DNA of 64,000 nucleotides from Felis catus (Eukaryota): assembly GCF_018350175.1 (NCBI RefSeq), contig NC_058383.1, forward strand, positions 9,488,001 through 9,552,000, read 5' to 3'. A program made the position numbers and the translations under genes. Shown one piece after another: positions 39,730-51,533 of the stretch. Positions within the stretch are counted from its first letter, which is position 1. Each line of letters starts with the position of its first letter. The notes under the pieces are model-generated. The model had not been told where the DNA came from. It was given only the letters and a program-made list of their open reading frames with translations, and ran no database searches.

Positions 39730-39950
39730 GGGACGCCTGGGTGGCTCAGTCAGTTAGGCAGTTAGGAGTCCGACTTGAGGGGAGGTCATGATCTCACAGT
39801 TTGTGGGTTCAAGCCCTGCATTGGGCTCCGTGCTAACAGCTCAGAGCCTGGAGCCTGCTTCGGATTCTGTGTTTCCCTGTCTCTCTGCCCCTCCCCTGCT
39901 TGCATGCTCTCTCTCACTCTCTCTTAAAAAGAAATAAACATTTTAAAAAA
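39730..39950 (+). mobile_element. SINEC_Fc-type SINE
   Basis: TSD aagtatac. Confidence 0.9.
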
Positions 39951-40387
39951 AGTATACACTTTTATCCCCACTTGACAGATGAGCAAACAAAGGCTCAGAG
40001 AGTGAAGGGATTTGTCCCAAGTTCCCCAAGATCCTACAACTAGTAAGTGTGAACAGTGACAAACCTGGTGCCCATGTGAGCTTGTCAAGTTTGTTCAAAC
40101 CCTTCCCACCTCACCCCATCCCTGGGAGTGTCAGGCTGGATCTTCCCCAACCCCACTTCCCCCCCAACCCCTACCCTGGGACACCCACTCAGCTCCTGAG
40201 GTCTCTGTTCAGCTCTTACTCTGGAGTGGTACCATTCCCCAGGTTGGTATGGACTCCCCACACTTGTGCCCAGGCAGCCCCCTCTGCTGAGGGCTCTGGC
40301 CTTAGCCTCTCGGGGCCCCTGTTCCAGGGTCCTGACTCTTCTCTACTCCTTCTGAGTCAGGCTTCCTCTTTCATGGGCATGCAGATT

Positions 40388-40614
40388 CTTTTTTTTTTTT
40401 TTTTTTTTTAATGTGTATTTATTTTTGAGAGAGAGAGAAACAGAGAGAGCACAAATGGGGAGGGGCAGAGAGAGAGGGAGACACAGAATCTGAAGCAGGC
40501 TCCAGGCTCTGAGCTGTCAGCACAGAGCCTGACACCGGGCTTGAACTCACGAGCTGTGAGATCATGACTTGAGCTGAAGTTTGAACTTAACCCACCGAGC
40601 CACCCAGGTGCCCC
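40388..40614 (-). mobile_element. SINEC_Fc-type SINE
   Basis: Poly-T and reverse-complement body. Confidence 0.92.
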
Positions 40615-40650
40615 ATGACCTTGGAGTTTCTTTAAGAGTCTTCATGCCCA

Positions 40651-40754
40651 GGGCGCCTGGGTGGTTAAGTCGGTTGAGCGTGGAACTTCAGCTCAGGTCA
40701 TGATCTCAAGGTTTGTGGGTTCGGGCCCCCACCGTCGGGCTCTGTGCTGACAGC
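40651..40754 (+). mobile_element. 3'-truncated SINEC_Fc-type SINE
   Basis: Runs from the head to ctgtgctgacagc, then ends abruptly. Confidence 0.85.
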
Positions 40755-43056
40755 AAAGTGGGTCGTAGGTCAGCTGGGCGCTCAGAGAAGTTGGGTTGAC
40801 ACCGCCCACAGATGCAGAGGGGTGTGGCTGGTAAACTGAAGGCAGCCTCCTCACTGCTCAAAAATGCTAAGTGTCACACCAGCTCTCTGACGTGGGTCTG
40901 AAATGCCACCAGGGCCCTCCAAGTCTGTCAAATTAAGCATCGCCCTGGCCCTCTTCCCTCGGGAGGTTTCCGTAAGCATGCAGGGAAAATGATTTTGCAG
41001 ATTTCCCGATGCCACAGGCAGATTTCCTGATACCTGCAGGGCCAGGGATGAGGCAGTCACCCAAGCACAGACGCACAGAACCTCCATCAGGAGGTCAAGG
41101 GCCAAATTCTGCTTTGACTGCTAACCAGATGCGTGGTTAGTCTCTTTATTTCCCTTCCTGGATAAGAAATCAGTTTCCTTATCCGCAAAATGGGGGGTGG
41201 GGGCAGGGGCAGGTATCCTGTGCCTGCCTTTGCCACTTCTCACAGGCATCCTGAGGCTTGTGATCATGAGCAAAAGGATGGATGTGTGACAGCGGGGTAG
41301 AAGGCCAGTACACGGGTGAGCCTCACTGTCAAAGAGGAGAGGAGGGTAGAGCCTGAAGACGCACCTCCCTGACCTCTAAGCCCACGGCCAAACCTCATGC
41401 CTAGGACCCTGGACTTCCTGAAGCTCTTCGATGAGCCCTTGGTCTTGTCCCCACTCTTACAGGGGAGGAAACTGAGGCAGGGAACTAGAGCAGCAGCCCC
41501 TTCTGGCTGGGGCACCCCAAAGTCAGTTTTTTCTCCACAGATGGGATGCTTCTCTGCCCAAATCCCTTTTCCAAAGGGCTCAAGACATCACAGTTCCTTT
41601 CTGATGTCAGGGACAGCTGGCTTGGCCTGCGCAGAGCCTCCCAGTTTAGGCCTCTGGTCGTGAGCCAGGTCCTTATGAAACAGAGCAGAGGGGCGGACTG
41701 CTGGGCTTAATGAGCCAGGTGTATGTGGCCGAGCTGGCTGCAGGGTGTGCTGGCCAGCTGGGGACAGCTGTGGCTCTCCTGTGTGTACACAGTGCTGTGG
41801 GGGCTGGATAAATTGTTCCCAGTGAACAGCAGAGAGGAGAGGGCAGAAGCGGCTGGGGCACTAGAATAAGAAGGCCCTGAAACCTGGGGGCTTCCAGAAG
41901 GCACCTGGAACATACAGGGGAAGGCAGAGGCTCTGGATGTCTCAAAGGGCAGGCAATGGGCTGCCTCCAACAGAGTCATCACGGGGCCTGTTAAATGCCA
42001 ATTCCTAGGGCACCCCTACCCCCAGCCACTGGGTCAGGATCTCTGCAGGCAAGACAGAAATTGAAACTTTAAATCAATCAGCACATGGGAATACAAGAAC
42101 CACTGCCTTACTGGGTTAACTTGGCCAGAACTGGGGGTGGGGGTGCGTCATCCGAAGTCTGGCTCAGGTGGATCCAAACACGAAAGCGAATAAAGAGGAG
42201 GGGGCGGTTGCTACAAAGGGCGAAGTCCAGAATACGACCAACCTACTGGCCTGGCTCCCAGAGGTGTTGAAAACACTTCCCCCCAAGGCTTCCTCACCGC
42301 CTCCCTGCTACTCCCACACCCCCGGGTCCCTCAAACCATGTCCAAAGTTCAACAGTTTCAAAGAGGCAGCCCTGAAGTGAAGGAACAAACATGGCCTTTG
42401 GCAACAGCAGGTTGGGTTTCCAATCTGGACTGCCAAGGCCCTGTGAGCTGTGTGGCCTTGGAAGGGTCCCGGGAGGGCCCTTGTGATGTGGTCCCTTAGG
42501 GCCTGGGTGAGGATAACACAGGTCTATGTGTGTCAAGGCCAAGCGCATTGTGGTTCTCAGGAATAAGGATTCCTTCCTCTTTCCCACTCCCTACCCAGCC
42601 ACACACCCACCCTTCCCTTTGTTCCTTTCTCTGTTATGCAACCAAAGTTTAAATCCTTCGTAGATTCACTGCCAGCAAACAGCAAAACAGTGGCCTGGCA
42701 AAGGGAGGTTTCGAAAGCCACATTGCCCACATTCTTGTCCACGTGCTCTAGGACAGGACCTCTGCACTCTTTCCCCAATATCGCAAAGAGCCCCGTAAGT
42801 GGTTACTTCGCCGAATCGCCGAGCTGTGGCCAGCTGTTGCTATGGCGACCAGAACCCGCTGACAACCATCTCGAAGGGCCTCTGAGGAGGAGACTGCTTG
42901 GCTTCCATTCACGCGCAGTTCAAACGGCTCGCCCACAGGTACTGACAGCACCCGCCGTGCGCCCGCCCTGAGCGGCCACCTCGCAGAAACAGAAGTAGGG
43001 TAGAGCTGATCCCCGGCCCGGAGGGGCTGGTGGTCTCCTGGACACCGGTGTAGTTC

Positions 43057-43246
43057 AGTGATTCTCGAAGTGTGGTCCCCAAACCAGCATCACACCTGGG
43101 ACTTGGCTAGAAATGCCACCTTTCAGACCTCTTCCCAAGTCCACTGAATCAGCAACTCTGGGGGAGAGGGGACCCCCAAATCTGTGTGTCAATGAAAGCC
43201 CCCCTCTCAAGGGATGCTGTTGGAGGCTGAGGTTTGAGAACCACAG
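43057..43246. mobile_element. MER5A-like hAT MITE
   Basis: cagtgattctcgaagtgtggtcccc...ctgaatcagcaactctggg...gtttgagaaccacag, with inverted ends. Confidence 0.75.
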
Positions 43247-43554
43247 ATCTCACTAAAACCTCACACGATCTCAAAAGGTGTGTACTAATGTTCCCATAAT
43301 ACAGATTAGGACACTGAGGCTCTGACCTGGTCTGGTGTGTGACGTGCTGTAGGTAAGGCTCTCGGGTCCCTCTGGGTTGTCAGGTTCTACCTCTGTAGCA
43401 CCTGTGTGAAGGTAAAGAGCAGATCTTCTTCCGGGGTCCCACCTGGAGAAGCCTACCCCCGTGGAGGTATCTTACATTGCATCCAGCAGGGGCAGGGGCT
43501 GAGCTGGCCCGAGCATCCTGGCGCAGACACAGGCTCTCAGAAAGCAAGAACCTC

Positions 43555-43710
43555 GGGGCGCCTGGGTGGCTCAGTCGGTTAAGTGTCTGACTCTTGGTTT
43601 TCAGCTCAGGGCGTGATCTTGTGGTTCATGAGATCCAGCCCCGCATCGGGTTCCGTGCCGACAATGCAGAACCTGTTTGGGATTCTCTCTCTCTCCTTCT
43701 CTCTGCCCTT

Positions 43711-43758
<48 letters not shown>

Positions 43759-43808
43759 GTGTCTCTCTCAAAATAAATAAAGAAAGAAATAACTTAAAAC
43801 AAAAAAAC
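43555..43808 (+). mobile_element. CAN-SINE with long (CT)n tract
   Basis: TSD caaga(a/g)cctc. Confidence 0.9.
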
Positions 43809-44611
43809 AAGAGCCTCACAACAGGGCAGAGAACAGCTGGGAGGAATGTCAGGAGAGCCACCCTGGTGACAACCGCTTGCCCCAAATGTGGCAACGCTGA
43901 GCTGACAGAGTGTTCATCCAGCCAAGGCCACCCTCACTTCCAAGCCTCTTCCTGCCCAAACCCAGCCCTGAGACCTTTCGTTGTGTGCTCACTCACCTCT
44001 ATCCTGCATTGGTCTCTTTCCATGCACCCGCCCTCACAGACTCGCAGGGTCCCGGAGGTGTTGAAAACCTTATACGCCACCCCTCCCCAAATTTGGAATC
44101 TACTTTTTCAGTAACTCATGGCTTCCAGCCACTTTTTGCATACAATCCCTGACGAGGCACTCGCTGCCTTTTCAGGCCACCCATCCATCTGTGAAATCTC
44201 TGGCTGGCTCAAGTTCCCTTTGAATGAGCTGACATACATCCCCGTGCCGTTTCCACCTTTACAATATGAGTTAATCCAATCCCTTTTAACAGAGATTATA
44301 GACTCATTTTCCAAGTACCATATGAAGTAAGAATATCTATGCCAATCAGTTCTCATGAACCCACCACCCACCTCTGCAGAGAAAGAGAGCAGGCGAAACA
44401 TACCAACCCATCATCTTGAGGACAGTGGGAACGAGATCAGGGTGGGGGTAGGGAGGGGCAGGAGGAAGGACAGGAGGAGGTAGAAGGAAAGCTCCAAGCT
44501 GCCTTGGAGCCACCACTCTGCCACCTGGCCCTGAGGGACCCCAGCAGGACTGGAGCAGGTTTCCCAAGGGCCGATGCACACTGGGGCCCCCTTTAAGAAA
44601 AAGGGACGTAA

Positions 44612-44838
44612 GGGGCGCCTGGGTGGCTCAGTCGATGAAGCGTCTGACTTCGGCTCAGGTCATGATCTCATGGCTCGTTCAAGCCCCACGTTGGGCACTG
44701 TGCCGACAGCTCAGAGCCTGGAGCCTGCTTCGGATTCTGTCTCAGTCTCTCTCTGCGCCTCCTTTGCTCGCGCTCTTTCCCTCTCTCTCAAAAATAAATA
44801 AACATTAAAAAAAATTTTTTTTAAATAAGAAAAAAGGA
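44612..44838 (+). mobile_element. SINEC_Fc-type SINE
   Basis: Head, body and tail recognisable. Confidence 0.9.
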
Positions 44839-45124
44839 TAGAATATTACAAATACCATGACCCAGATTTTGTTCCATTTTGAGAAATAAAGTCACAGATG
44901 GATGTTTTACAATGACAGAGAAGTTAAAGCTCACTCACGGTGTTTTTAGCCATAATTTTCAGGTTTCTTTTCTTTCTTTTTTTTTTTTAACAGCAAATGG
45001 GGGTCTTGCAGCTTCAGGGAAATGTGCCTCTGACCCTGGGTGTGTTGTCCCCATTTCCCGGCCTCAGTTTCTTGTCTGCAAAACAGGGGAAATCCTACCC
45101 ACTTTCCTTTTGATTTAATTTTAA

Positions 45125-45335
45125 ACATTTTTTTGAATGTTTATTTATTTTTGAGAGAGAGATAGAGTATGAGCAGGGGAGGGGCAGAGAGAGAGAGGGA
45201 GACACAGAATCCGAAGCAGGTTCCAGGTTCTGAGCTGTCAGCACAGAGCCTGACAAGGGGCTCAAACTCACAACTGTGAGATCATGACCTGAGCCGAAGT
45301 CAGATGCCCAACCGACTGAGCCACCCAGGCACCCC
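45125..45335 (-). mobile_element. SINEC_Fc-type SINE
   Basis: Flanking repeat cctacccactt. Confidence 0.9.
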
Positions 45336-47760
45336 TAGCCTACCCACTTGCCAAAGCTGGTTTGAGTAACAAGCCGAATGAAGGGGAAAATATCTGCTGG
45401 GATGTTCTCCGATTTCTAAAGATGACTGCTGGGAGCCCGCATGGCTGGGGAAACCAGTAGATGGCTCCTAAGGCGAGGAGAGGGACAGAAGGGCGCCCGG
45501 GTTCAGCGCTTTGCATGTGGGAAGCCCAGGCGAAATCTCCCTGGGAGAACCAGTGACCTCAGAGGACTAGCCCTCTAGTAAAAGATACTGATCAACCCCT
45601 CGTTACCAATCACTTTTGGTTTTCAGGATTACTTTTCACAAAATTCTTTCCCAAGCGGCCCTCAGTGCATTTCTGAGGAACGGTTTTGCACGCATGTGGT
45701 CTCAGAGACCCTGTTCACCCCAGAGGCAGCTTCCCAGGGCCTTGGAGAAACCCTTTGGCTTTGGGGCGGAGGGCGGGTGGGTCATGCCCCACAAGGAAGG
45801 AAACCCGATCAGGCCCCTCACAGAGATCCGCAGGGACGATAACAGGATTAGTTTAATCCTTTTGGCAACATTGGCTCTGCCAAGCTGGCCAAGAAGAAAA
45901 GATGACGCTGTTGTTCAGGAAAGAGAAAACAGCTACGGCCTTGTTGCCCTGAATGTGTTTTGCAAGAATGCCTTATAAACTCCCTCCTAGCTCCTGGCCC
46001 AAGCCAGGTGTCTTCAGGTGCCCAATTCGAGACAGCAGCCGCTACGAGTCCAGCCTCCCAGGCAGGCTGCAGGTGGCACCCCCATGCAGGGCTGAGGCCT
46101 GCTTGCAGAGAGGCTCACCCCATCCCACCCTTCCCAGGTCATCCAGACCAGCGGCTGCAAACCTCAGGAGGCGGAAGAATCCCCATGCACCATTCCAGGG
46201 ACCCCATTCAGGAGGCCAGGGGCCAGGAATCTGTATACATTTTCATCCCGTGGATGGTCCAGAAAGCGCAGAGCTAGAGAAATAAGGGGTCTTTCTCTAG
46301 GGACTCAGCCTGACACCCCGCAGCCGGGCCAGCACTCCCCTGCGTCCCCCACTCCCCACCCAGGCCCGCTAGACGCGTGTAGTAAGCACTGCCCTTGACA
46401 GGCCAGCCCTGGGCCTCCCAGGCCGTGTGGCCTTGGGCACTCTGCTCTGCTTCTCTAAGCTAAAAATGCCTGCCCAGCCAGCCTCCAGGAAAGAGAGAGG
46501 TTGACCGTGAAGATCTGTGCACTGCAAGGCTCTGGAAAGTTCCCCCGAAGTCACTGGTCTTCGGCTTGGGGGCTCAGGGCCGGAAATTGGAAATGGCCAA
46601 AGGATTGGGACAGGGTGGGAGCCGGTGAGGTGGAAGAGGATGGAAGAGGGTAGCACGTCACTTGGTCCTTCCACAAACTTAAAAATAGTCAGCACAGACA
46701 AAACTTCCAGATCATCACATGCAACCTCCTCATCTAGAGATGTGAAAACTCAGCCCAGAGAGGCTGAAGCTCCTGCCCAAGGTCACACAGTAAATGGGTT
46801 GGCAGGACTGGGACTAGAGCCCTCGGTTCAGCATCCCTATCCAGGACTTGTCCCACGACACCACCAGGCCTGGTGCAGGTCGGGGACAGGCACCACACCA
46901 GCTCCTTCCTCCCCTCAACCCCCCGCAGGCTGGGGTGGACAGAGGGCATGCCAGAGCCCCACCAGCTACCTGCCTCCTCACCGAGGCTTCTCCAAGCCGT
47001 TCTGCCCATCCCCAGCTCTTCTCAGGTCTCAATCCCACTGTCCTGCCAGGTACGGACAGCCTGCTCTCTGCCCTCCTTGCCTTGGACCAGGCTTCCCTCA
47101 GAGGGACAAGGTGGGGGCAGTCCTGCCACCTCCTAGTGCTCAGTCTCCAGCCTCCTAATCCCTGCACCTGCCCTGGGTTGAGGATGCACCCACCTGGGCA
47201 GCCAGGGGTGTAGATGCCCTAGGCAGGGCCAATCAGCAGGGGCAGTTCCTGTGCTGGGCACCATCCTGCCTTCCCAGGACTCAAGCCCCGTAGTGGCCTT
47301 TTATGGGGCAGAGGGGCATGGTGTGATGGCTTAGTTTAGGGTATCTGTATCTGAGAAACGCCTCCACCCTGAGTGGCCCTGCCAGGCACCGAAAACAGCG
47401 AGGTGAGGCTGGAGCTGGTTCCAGAACAGCCTCTGCCCTGGCCAAGGCCTTCACCCCTCACAAAACAGCCAAGATGCCCCATTCAGCCAAGCCCAGGCTT
47501 CTTGTGCGTTTATGAGTAGGGCCCAGGGGAGGGAGGCCTCTTTGGGACATATGACATCCTTAGCACCCCATAGACCATGCTTGGAAGCTTCAGACCCTGG
47601 CATCAGGAGCCAGATAGGACTATTCCCACCTACTCCGGGAACTTGAACAGGTTATGCCACCTCCAAGCCTCAGTTTCTTCATCTCTAAGATGGAAATAAT
47701 TGTAACACTCACTTCATAGGATTGACACAGGACCTAGCAGGTAGGTACTCAGTCACTATT

Positions 47761-47787
47761 TGAATGAATGAATGAATGAATGAATGA
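47761..47787. repeat. (TGAA)n tetranucleotide repeat, like an L2/MIR tail
   Basis: tgaatgaatgaatgaatgaatgaatga. Confidence 0.85.
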
Positions 47788-48224
47788 CCAGAAAGATGAT
47801 TAGGAGAGTGAGGGATCTGGAAACGAGTCCAAATATATCTTAACAACCCTATTTTCTCAATAGGTCACCCTGCCTGGGACAGATGCCTAAGGCCTCTCCC
47901 ATTACCTACCAGCTCAGGCTGGAGAGGAGGAGGAGGCCAGTCACAGGGACTGAGGGGCTCACCTGGGAGTCTGTATATGCTGGGGAGCCAACAAAGGTTG
48001 CATGCGGCATGTGCACTTTGGATCAGAAGAGCCTGGGTTCTCAGGAGAGAAGCCACGAGGATCTTCACTGGGCAGGGCCAGTAGGGAGGAACTGAGGACC
48101 TGGCCAGAGAGGCACTGTAGAGGCCCTACGATGGGCCTTTAGTGACAGAAGAGAGAGTGAGGGTGAAGGAGGAAGGGAAGGTTCTGGCATATGAAGTGAC
48201 TGTGTAAGTCCTGGAGCAGGGGAC

Positions 48225-48736
48225 ATTGGCCACCATTCTCCAGGGTGGCCCTCAGTGATCTCACCTCCTGATATCCCACACTATATCAGGACTGGCCTAT
48301 GTGACCACGAGCCACACAGGAAGGAGGATGACATATGACCCAAAGCTAGGCCATCAAAGACATTGCAACTTTTCTGCCTTACTTCCTTTTCTCTGATCAG
48401 CTCTGGGGAAAAGCCAGCTGCTACACTGTGGGAATACATAGCCTCAAGAAGAGGCCCTCACGGCATAGGACTGGGGCCTTCTGCCAAAACCCAGCGAGAT
48501 GCTGGGCTCTCCCACCAATGGCTGTGCGAGCGAGCGGGAAACAGACCCTCCGGCCCCAGTCGGCTTCAGATGCTGGCAGCCCCACCTGTAACCTCAAGGC
48601 AGGCCTTGAGCCAAACCATCCAGCTAAGCTGCTCCGAATTTTCTGACCCACAACAACCGTGAGATAATAAATGTTTGCTATTCCAAGCTGCTGGATCTGG
48701 GAATCATTTGTTATGCAGCAATAGCCAACTAATACA
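48225..48736. mobile_element. MLT1-type LTR
   Basis: Typical end: gagataataaatgtttgctattccaagctg...tttgttatgcagcaatagccaactaataca. Confidence 0.7.
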
Positions 48737-49229
48737 GGGACCTAGAGCACCATGATCTTACTCTCCTGCCGTCCTTCCTAGAGGAAGGGAAGATTATTAT
48801 TACCATTGTGTGGGGTTGGGGCTGGGTGTCCCCCAGCCACGTGGCCCATGGCTTTACCCACCTCCCTTTAGAGCTTGCAGAGCATTTTCACATAAGCCAA
48901 CTTTTCATTGTGGCAACGAGTTGCAGGAGGTGATTATAATCCCTGTCTCTGAGGGGGAAACTGAGGCTCAGAGAGCTGGGCTTGACTTGCTCAAGATCTA
49001 CTTGTCAGTGGCAGGGCCTGGTCCAAAACCAGGATGAGCACACGGTGGGCCCCTGGCACAGCCTGGGGCCTGACTGGCTCGTTGCGAAGGCTGGCGAGCA
49101 CAGCCACAGGCAGGAACCTATGCTAACTGGACACCAGCAGACGGCAGCCTGCTGAGCAGGACAGGGGGTGCTGGGGCTGGCTCTGTGGGAAGGCTTCCTA
49201 TGTAAGAAGTCAGCTGAGGGTAGGCAGGT

Positions 49230-49430
49230 GCTATAAGGAATAAAGCAGGGAGGAGGGTGAGAAAGCTCGGAGTGCTGTTTTAGACATGGGGCATCTCTGA
49301 TGAGTGCACAAGTAGGGTGAGACCCTGAAAGAAGTCAGGGAGTGAGCCATGCAGACATCTGGGGGAGAAGCTTCCAGGCAACCAGAGCAGCAGGTGCAAA
49401 GGCCCCGGGAGGCGGGGAGAACATGCTCCA
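49230..49430. mobile_element. L2 fragment
   Basis: gagaccctgaaagaagtcagggagtgagccatgcagacatctgggggagaagcttccaggca...gtgcaaaggccc. Confidence 0.65.
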
Positions 49431-49992
49431 CACTCAGCCCTGGACTCAAGTGCTCAGCACAAAATGGGCTGCTTTGAAAGCCAGGGGCCCACTGTCTCCC
49501 CTAACCAATGAGCCTGGGCTGGAGGGAGCGTCAGCTGAAGCACAGAGGAAAGACCCAGACTTCACCTGGCCGTGTGTCCCAGCTGTACGACCTTGGACAG
49601 GGCTCTTCTTCCATCTGTGCCCCTAGATCAGGTGCAGGGGCCCAGTGACTGTAGAGATTGGCCAGATGTCCCCAGATGTCTGGCTTCTGGCACTCAGTAG
49701 ACAGTACCGAGTTTTCTCGGAAGACCGAGCTGGAAAACAAAGAAACCGGAGGGGTACTGGGGAGGGACTAGGTCCCAATAGCAGCTACAAGATTTGAGTG
49801 CCCCCCAAACCCCATCAGGGCAGCTACTTGGTGTCTTTCTCCCAGGCCAGAGGCCAAGAGCACTGAAGAGCTGTTCTCTAGAGACAGAACCACTAGTCCC
49901 GCTATCCTGCTCCCAGCCTCCTGGACCACCAAGGTAGGAGTGAAGGCCAAGGGCAGGGATTTCCAAGTGACCCTCAAGAGTTAAATGACAGA

Positions 49993-50202
49993 GGGGCGCC
50001 TGGGTGGCTCAGTTGATTGGGCGTCCAACTTCGGCTCAGGTTCTGATCTCATGGTTTGTGAGTTTGAGCCCCACATAGGGCTCTGTGCTGACAGCTTGGA
50101 GGCTGGAGCCTACTTCGGAGTCTGTGTGTGTCTCTCTCTCTGCACCCCCCACCCCACTTGTGCTCTGTCTCTCAAAAATAAATAAATGTAAAAAAAAAAA
50201 AA
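49993..50202 (+). mobile_element. SINEC_Fc-type SINE
   Basis: TSD taaatg(a/g)cag. Confidence 0.9.
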
Positions 50203-50359
50203 AGGTAAATGGCAGCTTTGCTTATGGTGGGGAGGGGGCTGGGTGAGAGGAGGGGGTCCTGAGGGGTCAGAAGGAAGGGGAGCTCCCTTTGAAGGGAGGG
50301 GAGACAGGGTGCCATGGGGGCAAGGAGTGACAAAGACGAAGGCACTCAGTCCCCCCGCC

Positions 50360-50517
50360 CCACACATGCACACACAGGCACATAGATATGTGAACAGGTA
50401 TGCACGTACATACACATAGAAACACGTGCGTGCACACACATTACACATATCCACATAGGCGCACATGCGTGCACACAGGAAACGTGCATGCACACATATT
50501 CACACACACATGCACAG
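50360..50517. repeat. Degenerate CA/TG alternating purine-pyrimidine tract
   Basis: cacacatgcacacacaggcacat...gcacacacattacacat; a similar tract lies at about 56730-56972. Confidence 0.7.
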
Positions 50518-51497
50518 AGCTCGGAGAAGACCCGTGTTGATTAAGCCACGTTCAGCAGAGACGTTTTGGCTCTCCGCCTGGCAAGCCCCCCTCCCTGGTT
50601 GCGGGGCAGCCCGAACAGTAGGAAGAGCAGGGCAGGACCAGCGAGCTGAAGACCTAAGTGTCCATCAAGACTCTGCCTTTACCGAACACGTCACTTCCTT
50701 CCGTGAGCCTCAATATGCTCATCCATAAAACGGTAGTAAGAGTCGTGCCTCCCAGGGTTGGGTGACAGGCTCAGGACCCCCGAAAGCCCACTGGAGAGAA
50801 TGAAGCCAGATCTCAGGACTTAGCTCAGGATTTTGCCTTTCAGGACCGGTGATGGGGGTTGGGGCCAGGCTCCCTAAAGCTGGAGAGGGCTGGAACTGTT
50901 ACCTAACACCACCCAGAGCCTCCCAGGGCCAGCAGCAACCTAAGCTCCAGCTCCCTTCTCCCTGTGGCCCAATGTAACAGGACTCCCAGCCGGAGCTGGT
51001 TCTCAGGAAAGCTTAACCTCTCCCAGGTGCAGAAACCACCAGAAGCTCGGGGGCGGGAGGGGCCCAGGGCCTGCAGGGAGGCCCAGGCTTCTTGCATTAG
51101 GACAGGGATTGCAGCGTGAGGGGTTGGGGCCGACACGTCCACCCCAAACACTCCAGAGAGCTTGCTAACACTAAGGGGTACTGAGCCACATTGGCTCAAG
51201 AGGCCCGGGCAGAAGCTGACACAGGGCCAGCATGGGACGGGGCTGTCCTCATCCAGAGAAGGCAGTCTCTAGAAGCGATGGGAGGCTGGTGTGTGGGATT
51301 GGCCTCCACACTCCATGCGGCTTCAGGACAGGATTCTTTCCTCTCAGGACCAGAGGCGATCAAAGGGCCTTTCCCGCACAGTCAGCACTGTCCCTGAGAC
51401 GAACCAGCCGGCACAAGGACCTTTCCCACCGGAGAATGGGTGAATCACTACACCGTGTCCCCTCCACCTTCAAACGTTTCCACTAGCTCCCATGTTG

Positions 51498-51498
<1 letters not shown>

Positions 51499-51531
<33 letters not shown>
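51499..51531. repeat. (CA)n microsatellite
   Basis: About 16 uninterrupted CA units. Shorter (CA)n runs at about 29657-29677 and 31386-31404. Confidence 0.9.

Positions 51532-51533
<2 letters not shown>

Noticed and set aside
46517..47158. 213-aa plus-strand ORF
   Set aside because: Spans MIR-like sequence; no recognisable protein.
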